Source: an uncultured Candidatus Rokubacteria bacterium (GTDB lineage Bacteria > Methylomirabilota > Methylomirabilia > Rokubacteriales > CSP1-6). From it: a stretch of 64,000 nucleotides of DNA. The stretch lies in the NCBI GenBank assembly GCA_963758635.1, contig CAVWWD010000005.1:384001-448000 (forward strand). Direction: 5' to 3'. How positions within the stretch are numbered: the first letter of the stretch is position 1; each line of letters begins with the position of its first letter. A program made the position numbers and the translations under genes. Below are positions 23,698-33,978 of the stretch, one piece after another. The notes below the pieces were generated by a model, which did no database searches, had not been told where the DNA came from, and worked only from the letters and a program-made list of their open reading frames with translations.

Positions 23698-24924
23698 TCA
23701 GTCGCGCAGCACGATCACGTCGACCCAGCCACCGGCGGGAATCGTCGTGTCGCCTGCGACCACGGCGAGCCCGTCCGCCGCGACCATCGACCGGAGGATG
23801 CCCGAGCCCTGGTCGCCGGTGAGGCGGGCGGCGAGCCCGTCTCCGTCGCGCGCGAGCGTCACGCGGAGATAGCCGCGCCGCCGGCCCGGGTTCGGGATGT
23901 CCTCGATCGCGCGCGCGCGAACGGTCGGACGCGTGACCCGGGGATGCCCGCCCAGCCGGAGCAGCGCCGGCCGCACGAACAGCTCGAAGGTCACCATCGC
24001 CGACACCGGATTGCCCGGCAGGCCGAACACCGGCACCGTCCCCTTGCCTGGCGGAGAGGCGGGAATGCTCGCGAACGTGATCGGCTTGCCCGGCCGCATG
24101 TTGACCAGCCAGAGGTGCTGCTCGGCGCCGAGCCGGGCCAGCGCCTCCTTCACGAAGTCGTGGTCGCCCACCGACACGCCGGCGGACGAGACGAGCAGGT
24201 CGCAGCCGAGACCCCACGTGAGGCGCTCCTGGATGTCCTCCAGCCGGTCGCGCGCCACGCCCAGGTTGACCGGCACCGCGCCCGCCTCCAGCACCTGGGC
24301 GGTGAGCGAGTACGTGTTCGAGTTGGGGATCTGCCCGCGCTCGATGCGGCCGCCGAGGTCCACGATCTCGTCGCCGGTGGACAGGATCCCCACGGTGGGC
24401 CGGCGCATCACGCGGACCTGGTGGCGCCCGACGGTGGCGAGGGCCCCGATGTCGGCGGCCCCGATCACCCGGCCCGGCTCCAGCAGGACGTCACCCGGAC
24501 GCATGTCCTCGCCGCGGGGTCGGACGTAGTCGCCCGCGGGCGCCGACCGCGGCACCAGCACGTCCTCGCCGTCGAGCCCCACGTCCTCCTGCGGCACGAC
24601 GGTATCCGCCCCGTCGGGGAGCGGAGCGCCGGTGAAGATGCGGTAGGCCTCGCCGGGCTCGAGCCGGCGGTCCGCCATGTTCCCCGCGGGCACGCGCCCG
24701 GCCACGCGCAGGCGCACCGGACGCGTCGCCGCGGCCTCGCGGACGTCCTCGGAGCGGAGCGCGTAGCCGTCCATCGAGGAGTTGGGCCAGGGCGGGAGGT
24801 CGCGGTTGGCCACCACCCGCTCGGCGAGCACGCGGTGGAGCGAGTCCATGAGCCCCACGCGCTCCTCGCCCACGCGGCCGATGCGCGAGAGGACCTGCTC
24901 GAGCGCTTCCTCGACCGAGATCAC
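23698..24924 (-). CDS. moeA: Molybdopterin molybdotransferase MoeA
   Basis: SSMDGYA, IFTGAP, STGDE, MRPGKP, GLPGNPVS. Confidence 0.95.
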   Translation of the reverse strand: MISVEEALEQVLSRIGRVGEERVGLMDSLHRVLAERVVANRDLPPWPNSSMDGYALRSEDVREAAATRPVRLRVAGRVPAGNMADRRLEPGEAYRIFTGAPLPDGADTVVPQEDVGLDGEDVLVPRSAPAGDYVRPRGEDMRPGDVLLEPGRVIGAADIGALATVGRHQVRVMRRPTVGILSTGDEIVDLGGRIERGQIPNSNTYSLTAQVLEAGAVPVNLGVARDRLEDIQERLTWGLGCDLLVSSAGVSVGDHDFVKEALARLGAEQHLWLVNMRPGKPITFASIPASPPGKGTVPVFGLPGNPVSAMVTFELFVRPALLRLGGHPRVTRPTVRARAIEDIPNPGRRRGYLRVTLARDGDGLAARLTGDQGSGILRSMVAADGLAVVAGDTTIPAGGWVDVIVLRD

Positions 24925-24981
24925 GACCCGATTGTATCGCGGGCGGCGCGCCGCGGGAGCACGGGCCGCGGGAGCGGGGGG

Positions 24982-26136
24982 CTACCGTTCCTGGCGGAGG
25001 AGCGGCCCGTACCGGTCGAGGAACCGCCCGCGCATCAGGACGAACAGCGCGAAGAAGCCGGCGGTGATCAGGAGCTCGGCGATCCCGATCGGCCACACGT
25101 TGGCCTTCGAAATCGACGGGAACACCACCATGATCCGCTCGAGGAAGATCGCCGTCCACCCCATGAAGATGATCACGATCAGGGGCTTGTGGGCGGTCGG
25201 CGGCCGGCCGGTGAGGCGCTTGAGGAGGTACGAGAACGGCACGAGCGCGCCCACGATGAGGATCACCCAGGCGAGCGTGCGCCACGGGTCGGCGAAGAAG
25301 CGCCGCAGGAAGAAGCGCGTCTCCACCGGCACGTTGCCGTACCAGATCACCAGGTACTGGGAGAAGAAGAAGTACATCCACATCACGCACATCGCGAACG
25401 TCAGCTTCGCCACGTCCTGGATGGCCGACGGCGACACGCTGGTGAGGCCGCGCGCGTTGGCCCGGATCGTCAGGAAGGTCACGAGGCCGAAGCCCGGATA
25501 GAGCGAGGTGACGACGTAGTAGCCCCCGAAGAGCCCGCTGTACCACGCCGGGTCCAGCGCCATCAGGAGGTCGAACCCCCACAGCGAGAGGACGATCACA
25601 TACAGAGCCAGCAGCGTGCCGGCGAGGCGGTTCCGGCGGCCCATCCCGGCGGGCTCGTTGGGCGTGGCCTCCGCGAAGACCGCGCGCGTGAAGGTCCACG
25701 CCACCCAGTAGAGGAGCGCCGCGCCGATGCCCGTGCGCAGCACGAAGAAGGGCACGTTGAGCCACTCCTTCTTCTTCACGACGAGCTGCGGGTCGTTGAC
25801 CCACGGGTACAGGGTGCCGATGCCGAAGGCCAGCAGCACCAGGAGGAGCACGAAGGACACGGGCAGGAACCCGGAGGTGGTGAGCGCCATCCGCTTCACC
25901 GTCGGGGACCAGCGCGCCTCGGTGAGCTGCATCATCGCGGCGATCGCGGGCCCGGTGATGGCGAAGCTCGACCAGAACAGCAGGTTCACCAGGTAGATGC
26001 CCCACGCGCGCGTGGCGTCGGCCTGGAAGATCCCGTGGAGGAAGGCGGCCGCCCCGGCGAGGGCCAGGACCCCGAGGACCATCTGCGATCCGCGCGCGCC
26101 GCCCGCGGCGGCGCCCGGGACGGTCACCACGCTCAT
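24982..26136 (-). CDS. ACIII membrane subunit, ActF-like
   Basis: Multi-TM; LYPW, WYSGLFG, YFFFSQYLVIWYGNVPVE; last gene of the act cluster. Confidence 0.75.
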   Translation of the reverse strand: MSVVTVPGAAAGGARGSQMVLGVLALAGAAAFLHGIFQADATRAWGIYLVNLLFWSSFAITGPAIAAMMQLTEARWSPTVKRMALTTSGFLPVSFVLLLVLLAFGIGTLYPWVNDPQLVVKKKEWLNVPFFVLRTGIGAALLYWVAWTFTRAVFAEATPNEPAGMGRRNRLAGTLLALYVIVLSLWGFDLLMALDPAWYSGLFGGYYVVTSLYPGFGLVTFLTIRANARGLTSVSPSAIQDVAKLTFAMCVMWMYFFFSQYLVIWYGNVPVETRFFLRRFFADPWRTLAWVILIVGALVPFSYLLKRLTGRPPTAHKPLIVIIFMGWTAIFLERIMVVFPSISKANVWPIGIAELLITAGFFALFVLMRGRFLDRYGPLLRQER

Positions 26137-26645
26137 CGCTGGGCCGCCAGGGTTCGCAGGAAGTTCACGACGTGCCAGCGTTCCTCAGCGGAGAGCGCCT
26201 CGGCGTAGGAGGGCATGACCGCGCCCCCCGCGCTCATGTAGCTCTGCCAGTACCCGTCGGTGCGGCCCTTCTGGAGGTCGGGGTTGGTGAGGTCGGCGGG
26301 GGGCACGAACTTGGCCGACACCAGGCCGTCGCCCTTGCCGGACGTCCCGTGGCAGGGCGTGCAGTACACCATGAACAGCTCGCCGCCCTTCCGCACCGAC
26401 TCCGGGCTCGTGGGCACCGGGTTCTTCCGCTGCGCCGCCGCCTCGCGTTCTTCTTTCGGGTAGTAGAGCTCGCCGCCCGTGCGCGGCACGCTGCCCACCG
26501 GCATCGCGAACGCCCGCTCGCCGGGCATCACCTTGGGGGTCTGGGTCATGTTGTCGACCCAGCGGATGGCGACGTTCATCCCGAGCAGGCCGGCGGCGCC
26601 GCCGACGGCGACGACCACCACCAGCACGAAGACGTACTTCATCAT
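26133..26645 (-). CDS. Monoheme cytochrome c, ActE-like
   Basis: N-terminal TM, CTPCH heme motif, MPSY. Confidence 0.85.
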   Translation of the reverse strand: MMKYVFVLVVVVAVGGAAGLLGMNVAIRWVDNMTQTPKVMPGERAFAMPVGSVPRTGGELYYPKEEREAAAQRKNPVPTSPESVRKGGELFMVYCTPCHGTSGKGDGLVSAKFVPPADLTNPDLQKGRTDGYWQSYMSAGGAVMPSYAEALSAEERWHVVNFLRTLAAQR

Positions 26646-27151
26646 CGCCGGATCTCCTCGGCGCCCGCCGCGGTGAGCAGCGATCCCGCGGCGTCGGCCC
26701 GGTCCGGCGGACAGGACACCGCGACCCCGAAGCGGTCCAGCGTGAAGCGCGGATCATAGGTCGGCGATGGGGAGAGCTTCGGGAGCTTGCCGAGCACCAG
26801 CACGGACAGGAGCGTGGCGAGGCCGCACAGCAGGATGCTCAGCTCGAACGCGATGATGATGAAGGGCGGGATCGACACCGGGGCCTTGCCACCGGTGACG
26901 AGCTCCCACTTGAGCGAGGTCCAGATGGTCAGGAAGAACGCGGTGGCGGTGCCGGTCAGGGCGCCGGCGATGCTGAAGAGACGCACCTTCGAGAGCGCCC
27001 GCCCCTTCTCCATCTCCTCCTCGATCTCCTCGATGGGCACCGGCGTGTACACGGTGAGGTCGGAGAAGCCCTTGGCGCGGAGCTGGCGGATGGCGTCGAG
27101 GGTGGTGTCGACGTGGGCGAAGACCCCGAGGACGCGTGAGCCGGCCGCCAT
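26642..27151 (-). CDS. ActD-like (DUF3341) membrane protein
   Basis: ATG 27151; [26 protein letters not shown]. Confidence 0.8.
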   Translation of the reverse strand: MAAGSRVLGVFAHVDTTLDAIRQLRAKGFSDLTVYTPVPIEEIEEEMEKGRALSKVRLFSIAGALTGTATAFFLTIWTSLKWELVTGGKAPVSIPPFIIIAFELSILLCGLATLLSVLVLGKLPKLSPSPTYDPRFTLDRFGVAVSCPPDRADAAGSLLTAAGAEEIRR

Positions 27152-28506
27152 CAGTGATGCCCCCCGTGGTGGGCGTGCTTCATGGGGTGCGGGAGCACTT
27201 CCTTGACCTCCACGATCGACAGCGAGGGCATCACCCGGATGAACCCGAGGAAGAGGATGAAGAAGAACGCGAAGGAGCCGACGATGATCGTGGAGTCCGT
27301 CACCGTCGGGTAGTAGGTGCCCCACGTGTAGGGATAGAAGTCGTGGCCGAGCCCGGGGACGATGATGTTGAACCGCTCGAACCACATGCCGATCAGCACG
27401 AGGATCGAGACGACGTAGAGCGTGGGCGTGTGGACGCGCAGCCGCTTCGAGAACAGGACGAGCGGCACCACGCTGTTGCAGAAGTACATCGTCCAGTAGG
27501 CCCACGCGTACTGCTTGGTGGCCTTGGCGAACACCGACGCGCGCTCGAAGTGGTCGCCGCTGTACCACGCGGTGAACACCTCGCACGCGTAGAAGTACGT
27601 CAGCACGAGGCTCGTGACCAGGATCAGCTTGGCCATCGCGTCCAGGTGCCGGTCCGTGATGTAGCGCGTACCAGTTGAAGACGGCCCGCATGGGCAGGAG
27701 CAGGATGATGACCATCGCGAAGCCGGAGAAGATGGCGCCGTCGACGAAGAACGGCGGGAACAGCGTGGAGTGCCAGCCCGGCACCGAGGGCCATGGCGAA
27801 GTCGAACGACACCACGCTGTGCACGGAGAGCACGAGCGGGGTGGAGATGGCGGCGAAGATGCCGTAGGCCCGCCGGTAGTGGCGCCACTGGACGTCCGAG
27901 CCCTCCCAGCCCAGCGAGAGCACGGCGTAGATCTTCTTCTTGATGCCGGTCGACTGGTCGCGCAGCGCGGCGATGTCGGGCACGAGGCCCACGATGAAGA
28001 ACAGCACGCTGATGGTGAGGTACGTGGAGATCGCGAACACGTCCCACACCAGCGGCGACTTGAAGTTCGGCCAGAGGTAGCGCTGGTTCGGGTACGGCAT
28101 GAGCCAGTACGCGAACCACATGCGTCCGGCGTGGATCAGCGGGAACAGGCCGGCGGTCATGACCGCGAACACCGTCATGGCCTCGGCGCCCCGGTACACC
28201 GACGTGCGCCACTTGGCGCGGAACAGGTAGAGGACGGCGGAGATCAGCGTGCCGGCGTGGCCGATGCCGATCCAGAACACGAACGTCGTGATGTACATCG
28301 CCCACATCTGGGGCGTGCGCTTGCCCGCCGCGCCCATCCCCACGAAGACCTGATACGACCACGCGAAGAAGCCCGCGGCGAGGGTGAGGCCCACGAGGCA
28401 CATCCAGGCGAAGTACTGGTTGCCGGGCAGGCTGACCGTCCGCCCGAACGTCGCGGTTGACGTCGGCCCAGGTGGCCTGGGCAGGGGCGCTCGGGGAGAC
28501 GCTCAC
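27151..28506 (-). CDS. NrfD/PsrC-family quinol-interacting subunit, ActC-like (about three frameshifts)
   Basis: [66 protein letters not shown]. Confidence 0.88.
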   Translation of the reverse strand: MSVSPSAPAQATWADVNRDVRADGQPARQPVLRLDVPRGPHPRRGLLRVVVSGLRGDGRGGQAHAPDVGDVHHDVRVLDRHRPRRHADLRRPLPVPRQVAHVGVPGRRGHDGVRGHDRRPVPADPRRTHVVRVLAHAVPEPALPLAELQVAAGVGRVRDLHVPHHQRAVLHRGPRARHRRAARPVDRHQEEDLRRALAGLGGLGRPVAPLPAGLRHLRRHLHPARALRAQRGVVRLRHGPRCRAGTPRCSRRSSSTAPSSPASRWSSSCSCPCGPSSTGTRYITDRHLDAMAKLILVTSLVLTYFYACEVFTAWYSGDHFERASVFAKATKQYAWAYWTMYFCNSVVPLVLFSKRLRVHTPTLYVVSILVLIGMWFERFNIIVPGLGHDFYPYTWGTYYPTVTDSTIIVGSFAFFFILFLGFIRVMPSLSIVEVKEVLPHPMKHAHHGGHH

Positions 28507-28508
28507 GG

Positions 28509-31505
28509 CTAGTGCCCCTTCTTCTCGGCGGCGCCGCCCTCGGCGCGCACGACCTTCTTGAGATAGGTCACGGCGGGCCGCGTGCCGAGCTCGTGGAGCA
28601 CGTGGTAGCCGCGCGGCGACCGCGAGAGCTTGCTCACCGCCGCGTTCTCGTCCTTCAGGTCGCCGAAGGTGATGGCCTGCGCCGGGCACGTCTGCTGGCA
28701 GGCGGTGAGGATGTCGCCGTCCTTCACCGGCCGGTTCCCGTCACGGGCGGCATCCTTGCCCTTCAGGATCCGCTGCACGCACATCGTGCACTTCTCCATG
28801 ACCCCGAGCTGGCGGACGGTGACCTCGGGGTTGAGCTGCTGGTCGAGCGGGGCCGGCCACTTGTAGTAGAACCAGTTGAACTTCCGCACGTGGTACGGGC
28901 AGTTGTTGCCGCAGTAGCGCGTGCCCACGCAGCGGTTGTAGATCTGGGCGTTCAGCCCCTCCTGCGTGTGGTACGCCGCGTACACCGGGCACACCGGCTC
29001 GCACGGCGCCACCTCGCAGTGCTGGCAGAACATGGGCAGGAACATGTTCTCGGGATGGTCCGGCGGGCCCTCCTGCCAGCGCTCGATGCGCAGCCAGTGC
29101 TGGATGCGGCCGTACGCCACCTGCGCCTTGCCCACCACGGGGACGTTGTTCTCCGACTGGCACGCGACCACGCAGGCCTGGCAGCCGGTGCAGCGGTCCA
29201 CGTCGATCGTCATCCCCCAGCGGTGATCGGGGTACTTGAGCGCCGGGTACATGGTCGGGTGGCTCGCGTCCTCGGGCGCGCCGCCGCGGAGCTCGAGCTC
29301 GCGGGCGGCGGCGAGGCCGACGTGCTGCGCCAGCTCGCGATCGTCCTGGTCGTGGGTGGCCTGGGGAATGGCCAGCGGCCGCCGCCCGCCCGTCTTGGCC
29401 AGCGCCACCTTCACTTGAAGATACGGGAAGCCCCCCGAGCCGGCCTCGGCCGGAGCGCCGAGCAGCGCGAGCGGATTGGCGCCCACGTTGACGGTCAGGT
29501 CCTTGATCGCGCCGCCGCTCGCGTAGGCGCCGGCGAAGGTGTGCCCCTGCCCCATGGCCACCGCGACCGCGCCGGGATGCAGGGACTCCGACGGGTAGGC
29601 CGGCAGCTCGATCTTGCCGTGCGGCGACGTCAGGCTGACCAGATCGCCGCGACCCACGCCCAGCTGCTTCGCGGTCTCCGCGGGCACCTCGACCCAGCCA
29701 TCCCAGGAGATCTGGGTCATCGAGTCGGGAGCCTCCTGCAGCCACGGCAGGTCGGCCGAGCGCCCGTCGTAGAACCGGGAGGACGGGTAGACGATGAGCG
29801 CGTGCGAGCCGCTGCCCTCGAGCGCGGCGGGCGCCGCCGCCGGACGCGCGGCCTCGGGCCGGAGCGCGACCGCGGCGGCCGCGGACGCCTCGCGCCACGA
29901 GCCGCCCCGGCGGAGCGACTCCTCCCAGAAGTCGCCGAAGGGCCGGTCGCGCGCCACCTGCCGGGCGACGGCCTTCCACTCCTCTTTCAGGAGAGCCTCC
30001 ATGCTCGCCCACGGAAGCGGCCCCTTGCCGTCCTCGCTGCCGAGGGCGCGCCGCCCCAGGACGAGGAGGATGTCGCCGGTCGACTTCGCCTCCACCGGCT
30101 TGCCGTCGATCTCCACCGGACCCATCGTCGGCTGGATGAGGGCGGTGCCGGAACCGGCCACGTAGTCGCCCCACGACTCGAGCCAGTGGAGCGCAGGCAG
30201 GACGACGTGGGCGCGCATGGCCGTCTCGGTGGGCCGGGCGGCCAGGCTGACCACCATGGGGACCTTGGCGAGCGCCTCGGCGAAGCCGGCCTTTGGCGGC
30301 ATGGCGTAGGCCGGGTTCACGTCGCCCAGGATCAGCACCTCGATCTCGCCCCTGGCCATCGCCTGGGTGAGCGCCAGCATGTCGGCGTAGGGGCTCGCCT
30401 TGGCGAACGCGGATTCTCCGACGAGCCTGACGCGCTTGCCGACGGCGCCGATCGCAACGTTCAGCAGGTTGATGGCCACGAGCATGTCGGTGGCGTCACG
30501 CCCGGTCACCGCGGCGCCGCCGCCCACGGCCAGCCCCCCCTGCGAGGCGGCCAGATCGTGCGCGATGCGCTTGATGGTCTCCGCGGGCACGCCCGAGGCG
30601 CTCGCCGCCGCGGCCACGTCGGCGCCCTGCGCGGCGGCGGCCAGGGACTTGCCGTCCACCCCCGGCGCGACCAGCCCCTCGTCGACGATCACGCGCAGCA
30701 TGGCGAGGGCCAGGAGCCGCTCCGTTCCCGGCGCGTTGCGGACCCACTGGTCGGCGTTGGCCCCCGTCATCGACAGCCGCGGCTCGACGTGCACGAACGT
30801 GCCGGCCTTCCCGCGGTGGAAGGCGTGCATCCGAGCGAAGTCGTACGCGTGCCCCACCGGCGACAGCCACGTCTCCAGGAAGTCGGCGCCGAACGAGACG
30901 AGGTAGCTGGCCTCGTCGATCGCGTGGTCGGGAATGGTGTCGCGGCCGAAGGCGATGCGGCTCGCCGCGCGGATGGGCTCGTAGGCGAGCGGCTCGTACG
31001 CGATGCGCGGACGCGCGCCCAGCGCCTTGACCCAGTCGTCCATGAGGCGGGCCAGCGTCGCCGTCTCGATCCCGGTGACGAGGGCGATCCTCTGCCCCTG
31101 CCTGGCCCCGACCAGCGCGGCGAGCTTGTCGGTGACCTGCTTCTCGGCCTGCGCCCACGCCACCGGCTTGCCGCCGGCGAGGGCGCCGCGGAAGCGGTCG
31201 GGATGGTAGAGCCCCTGGAGCGCGGCCTGGCCCCGGATGCAGAGAGCGCCGGCGTTCACCGGGTGATCGGGGTTTCCCTCGAGCTTGACGATCCGGCCAT
31301 CGCGGTTGCGCGCGAGAACGCCGCAGCCCGCCGGGCACTCGCGACAGACCGTCGCGAAGTGCGCGACCACGCCCGGAACGATGTTCTCGGGGGGAGAGAC
31401 GTAGGGAAGGAGCGTCTCGGCGGCGGGACTGCATCCACCGGCCGTCACCGCGGCCCCTCCCGTGGCCACGATCTTGAAGAACGCCCGGCGATCGATGCCG
31501 CTCAT
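28509..31505 (-). CDS. ActB-like molybdopterin-oxidoreductase-fold/iron-sulfur fusion subunit, Tat-exported
   Basis: DRRAFFK Tat signal; CRECPAGC...LCIRG; C-terminal CTGCQACVVAC, CQHCEVAPCEPVCP, CVGTRYCGNNCP, EKCTMC. Confidence 0.88.
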   Translation of the reverse strand: MSGIDRRAFFKIVATGGAAVTAGGCSPAAETLLPYVSPPENIVPGVVAHFATVCRECPAGCGVLARNRDGRIVKLEGNPDHPVNAGALCIRGQAALQGLYHPDRFRGALAGGKPVAWAQAEKQVTDKLAALVGARQGQRIALVTGIETATLARLMDDWVKALGARPRIAYEPLAYEPIRAASRIAFGRDTIPDHAIDEASYLVSFGADFLETWLSPVGHAYDFARMHAFHRGKAGTFVHVEPRLSMTGANADQWVRNAPGTERLLALAMLRVIVDEGLVAPGVDGKSLAAAAQGADVAAAASASGVPAETIKRIAHDLAASQGGLAVGGGAAVTGRDATDMLVAINLLNVAIGAVGKRVRLVGESAFAKASPYADMLALTQAMARGEIEVLILGDVNPAYAMPPKAGFAEALAKVPMVVSLAARPTETAMRAHVVLPALHWLESWGDYVAGSGTALIQPTMGPVEIDGKPVEAKSTGDILLVLGRRALGSEDGKGPLPWASMEALLKEEWKAVARQVARDRPFGDFWEESLRRGGSWREASAAAAVALRPEAARPAAAPAALEGSGSHALIVYPSSRFYDGRSADLPWLQEAPDSMTQISWDGWVEVPAETAKQLGVGRGDLVSLTSPHGKIELPAYPSESLHPGAVAVAMGQGHTFAGAYASGGAIKDLTVNVGANPLALLGAPAEAGSGGFPYLQVKVALAKTGGRRPLAIPQATHDQDDRELAQHVGLAAARELELRGGAPEDASHPTMYPALKYPDHRWGMTIDVDRCTGCQACVVACQSENNVPVVGKAQVAYGRIQHWLRIERWQEGPPDHPENMFLPMFCQHCEVAPCEPVCPVYAAYHTQEGLNAQIYNRCVGTRYCGNNCPYHVRKFNWFYYKWPAPLDQQLNPEVTVRQLGVMEKCTMCVQRILKGKDAARDGNRPVKDGDILTACQQTCPAQAITFGDLKDENAAVSKLSRSPRGYHVLHELGTRPAVTYLKKVVRAEGGAAEKKGH

Positions 31506-31544
31506 TCGCGCCCACTCCTCACGTACGACTGCGCCACGCCAGAC

Positions 31545-31649
31545 TCACCTCACAGGTCGTGAAGGAAATCAGACTTTGACGTCGGCGAGCGGGCACAACA
31601 CCGCGATTCTGCGTACACGCGGAGTGCCGTCTCGTCATCGTTCACCTCA
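31545..31649. repeat. Repeat family A, diverged copy
   Basis: gtgaagga...gagcgggcacaacaccgcgattctgcgtacac...gccgtctcg matches the 8327 unit; flanked by tcacctca direct repeats. Confidence 0.85.
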
Positions 31650-31696
31650 GGGGACTGCCGACAAGCGGACCGTAAGCGTACCGGGCCGAAAAAACC

Positions 31697-31732
31697 TTGT
31701 GAACCGTATCACGTGGAAAAACGAGGTGTCAA
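31697..31732 (-). promoter_or_regulatory. Promoter of the act cluster with an overlapping Rex/CRP-like box
   Basis: TTGACA-18 nt-TACGGT on the minus strand; TTGTGAACCGTATCACGT at 31697-31714 covers the -10. Confidence 0.5.
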
Positions 31733-31739
31733 TAGCGTT

Positions 31740-33035
31740 TCACGACGACGCGATGCGCAGGGAGGCGGCGGCGGCGGCCGCGGCGGCGTCGAGGTCCGCC
31801 TCGGTGTGTGCCAGCGACACGAAGGCGGCCTCGAACTGCGACGGCGCCAGGAAGACGCCGCGCTCGAGCATGGCGTGGAAGTAGCGGGCGTAGCGCTTGG
31901 TGTCGGATCGGCGCGCCGAGGCGTAGTCGGTGACGGGCGCGTCGGTGAAGAACGCGGTCAGCATCGAGCCCACGCGGTTGACGGTGACGGGCACGCCCGC
32001 GCGCGCCGCCGCGTCCTCGAGGCCGCGCGCCATCCGGGCGCCCAGCGCCTCGAGCCGCGCGTACACGGCGGGGTCGGCCAGGGCCCGGAGCGTCGCCAGG
32101 CCCGCGGCGACCGCCAGCGGGTTGCCGGAGAGCGTGCCGGCCTGGTACACGCCGCCGAGCGGCGAGACACGCTCCATGAGGTCGCGCCGGCCGCCGTAGG
32201 CGCCGACGGGAAGCCCGCCGCCGATGATCTTCCCCAGGCACGTGAGGTCCGGGCGCACCCCGTAGAGCGCCTGGGCGCCGCCCGGCGCCACGCGAAAGCC
32301 GGTGATGACCTCGTCGAAGATGAGGAGGGCGCCGTGCTGGCGCGTGATCTCCGCGAGGCCGGCGAGGAAGCCCGGCGCGGGCGGCACCACCCCCATGTTG
32401 CCGGCCACGGGCTCGACGATGACCGCGGCGATCGCAGCACCGCGCGCGGCGAACGTGCGCCGGACCGCGTCCAGGTCGTTGAACGGCAGCGCGATCGTGA
32501 GGGCGGCGAGCGCGGCCGGCACGCCCAGGCTGTCGGGCACGCCGAACGTGGCGCCGCCCGAGCCCGCCTTGACGAGCAGGCTGTCGGCGTGGCCGTGATA
32601 GCAGCCGTCGAACTTCACGATGGCGTCGCGACCGGTGGCGCCGCGGGCGAGCCGGATGGCGCTCATCGCCGCCTCCGTCCCCGACGAGACGAGGCGCAGC
32701 ATCTCCACCGCGGGCATCGCGCGGCTGATCACCTCGGCCATCTCGACCTCGCCGCCGGTGGGGGCGCCGTAGCTCGTGCCCCGGCGCACGGCGGCGGTGA
32801 GCGCCTCCACGAGGGCGGGCGCGGCGTGGCCCAGGATGAGCGGCCCCCACGACCCCAGGAAGTCGATGTACGTGCGCCCATCCACGTCGGTGATCCGCGC
32901 CCCCTCGGCGCGCGCCACGAAGAACGGCGTGCCGCCGACGCCGCGAAACGCGCGCACGGGGCTGTTGACGCCGCCCGGGATCAGCGACTGGGCGGCGGCG
33001 AAGAGCGATTCGGAGCGTCCCATGGCGTCGGTCAC
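31740..33035 (-). CDS. hemL: Glutamate-1-semialdehyde 2,1-aminomutase
   Basis: [41 protein letters not shown]. Confidence 0.96.
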   Translation of the reverse strand: MTDAMGRSESLFAAAQSLIPGGVNSPVRAFRGVGGTPFFVARAEGARITDVDGRTYIDFLGSWGPLILGHAAPALVEALTAAVRRGTSYGAPTGGEVEMAEVISRAMPAVEMLRLVSSGTEAAMSAIRLARGATGRDAIVKFDGCYHGHADSLLVKAGSGGATFGVPDSLGVPAALAALTIALPFNDLDAVRRTFAARGAAIAAVIVEPVAGNMGVVPPAPGFLAGLAEITRQHGALLIFDEVITGFRVAPGGAQALYGVRPDLTCLGKIIGGGLPVGAYGGRRDLMERVSPLGGVYQAGTLSGNPLAVAAGLATLRALADPAVYARLEALGARMARGLEDAAARAGVPVTVNRVGSMLTAFFTDAPVTDYASARRSDTKRYARYFHAMLERGVFLAPSQFEAAFVSLAHTEADLDAAAAAAAASLRIASS

Positions 33036-33508
33036 GGCGTCACGCTCTCCGTCGACAGCGGCGTGGGGGTGAACTCGCGGCGCGCCGGGTCCCAGACGTA
33101 CGCCCGGACGTCGTCCACGCGTCCGCTCAGGACGGACATGACGACGTATACGGCGTCCGGATACGCGGGGTCGCCGTCGATGAGGGCGTTCTTCCGATCC
33201 GTCTCCGAGAAGTACGCCCCCGCGTCGATGTGCGAGTGGTAGATGGTCGCGACCCGGTAGCCCTCGGCCTCGCGGCGCCCGATGTTGAGGAGGTCGCGCG
33301 GATCGATGTAGTACGCGGTGCGCGCGTCGCGCGGGTGCCGCTCGGGATCGCGGGCGTGGAGCTGGTCCTGGACGTTCCGGCACGGGAAGAAGATGCGCTG
33401 GGGCGGCTCGCCGCTCCGCGACAGGATGACGCCGCAGCACTCCGCCGGGTACTCGGCCGCGGCCTGCGTGCGGGCGCGCTCGAGCTCGTCCGGAGTCAGG
33501 ATGGTCAC
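33032..33508 (-). CDS. JAMM/MPN+ metalloprotease (M67, Mec-like)
   Basis: YPAECCG and [19 protein letters not shown] motif. Confidence 0.9.
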   Translation of the reverse strand: MTILTPDELERARTQAAAEYPAECCGVILSRSGEPPQRIFFPCRNVQDQLHARDPERHPRDARTAYYIDPRDLLNIGRREAEGYRVATIYHSHIDAGAYFSETDRKNALIDGDPAYPDAVYVVMSVLSGRVDDVRAYVWDPARREFTPTPLSTESVTP

Positions 33509-33891
33509 GGGACGCGGGGCTTCCCGCTGTGGGCACCCGGGCCTGGCCCGTCCGCCGCGTGCGCCCGGGCCGCGGGCCTCGTTCGACCGTGTCGTGCATC
33601 CACGGACGGGCCCGCGCTCCCGCCGGCGAGGGCGGGGATGATCGAGACCTCGTCGCCGTCCTTCAGGACGGTGTCCAGGCCGCGGAGCGACTCGATGGCC
33701 TCGCTGTTCACGTAGATGTTGACGTGACGGTGCACCGCGCCCGTGTCGTCCCGCATCAGCCCACGCAGGCCGGAGAAGCGCGTCTCGAGCCCGTCGAGGA
33801 GGGCGCCGACGTCGTCCGCATCCACGGACACCTGCGCCTGGTTGTTGGTGGCGCGCCGGAACGGCGTCGGGATGTAGACGTTCACACTCAT
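33505..33891 (-). CDS. MoaD/ThiS (CysO-like) ubiquitin-fold sulfur carrier with C-terminal extension
   Basis: [28 protein letters not shown] followed by 37 more residues. Confidence 0.88.
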   Translation of the reverse strand: MSVNVYIPTPFRRATNNQAQVSVDADDVGALLDGLETRFSGLRGLMRDDTGAVHRHVNIYVNSEAIESLRGLDTVLKDGDEVSIIPALAGGSAGPSVDARHGRTRPAARAHAADGPGPGAHSGKPRVP

Positions 33892-33895
33892 GACG

Positions 33896-33978
33896 AATGA
33901 GCCCCGCGCATCAGACTAATGCCGAGCGGTGGGACTGTAGGGGCCCGTGGCGTTACCGTATTCTGCGAGGGTCATTAG
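33896..33978. repeat. Repeat family B, copy 1
   Basis: aatgagccccgcgcatcagact...attctgcgagggtcattag; homologs at 44040 and 45208. Confidence 0.9.
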
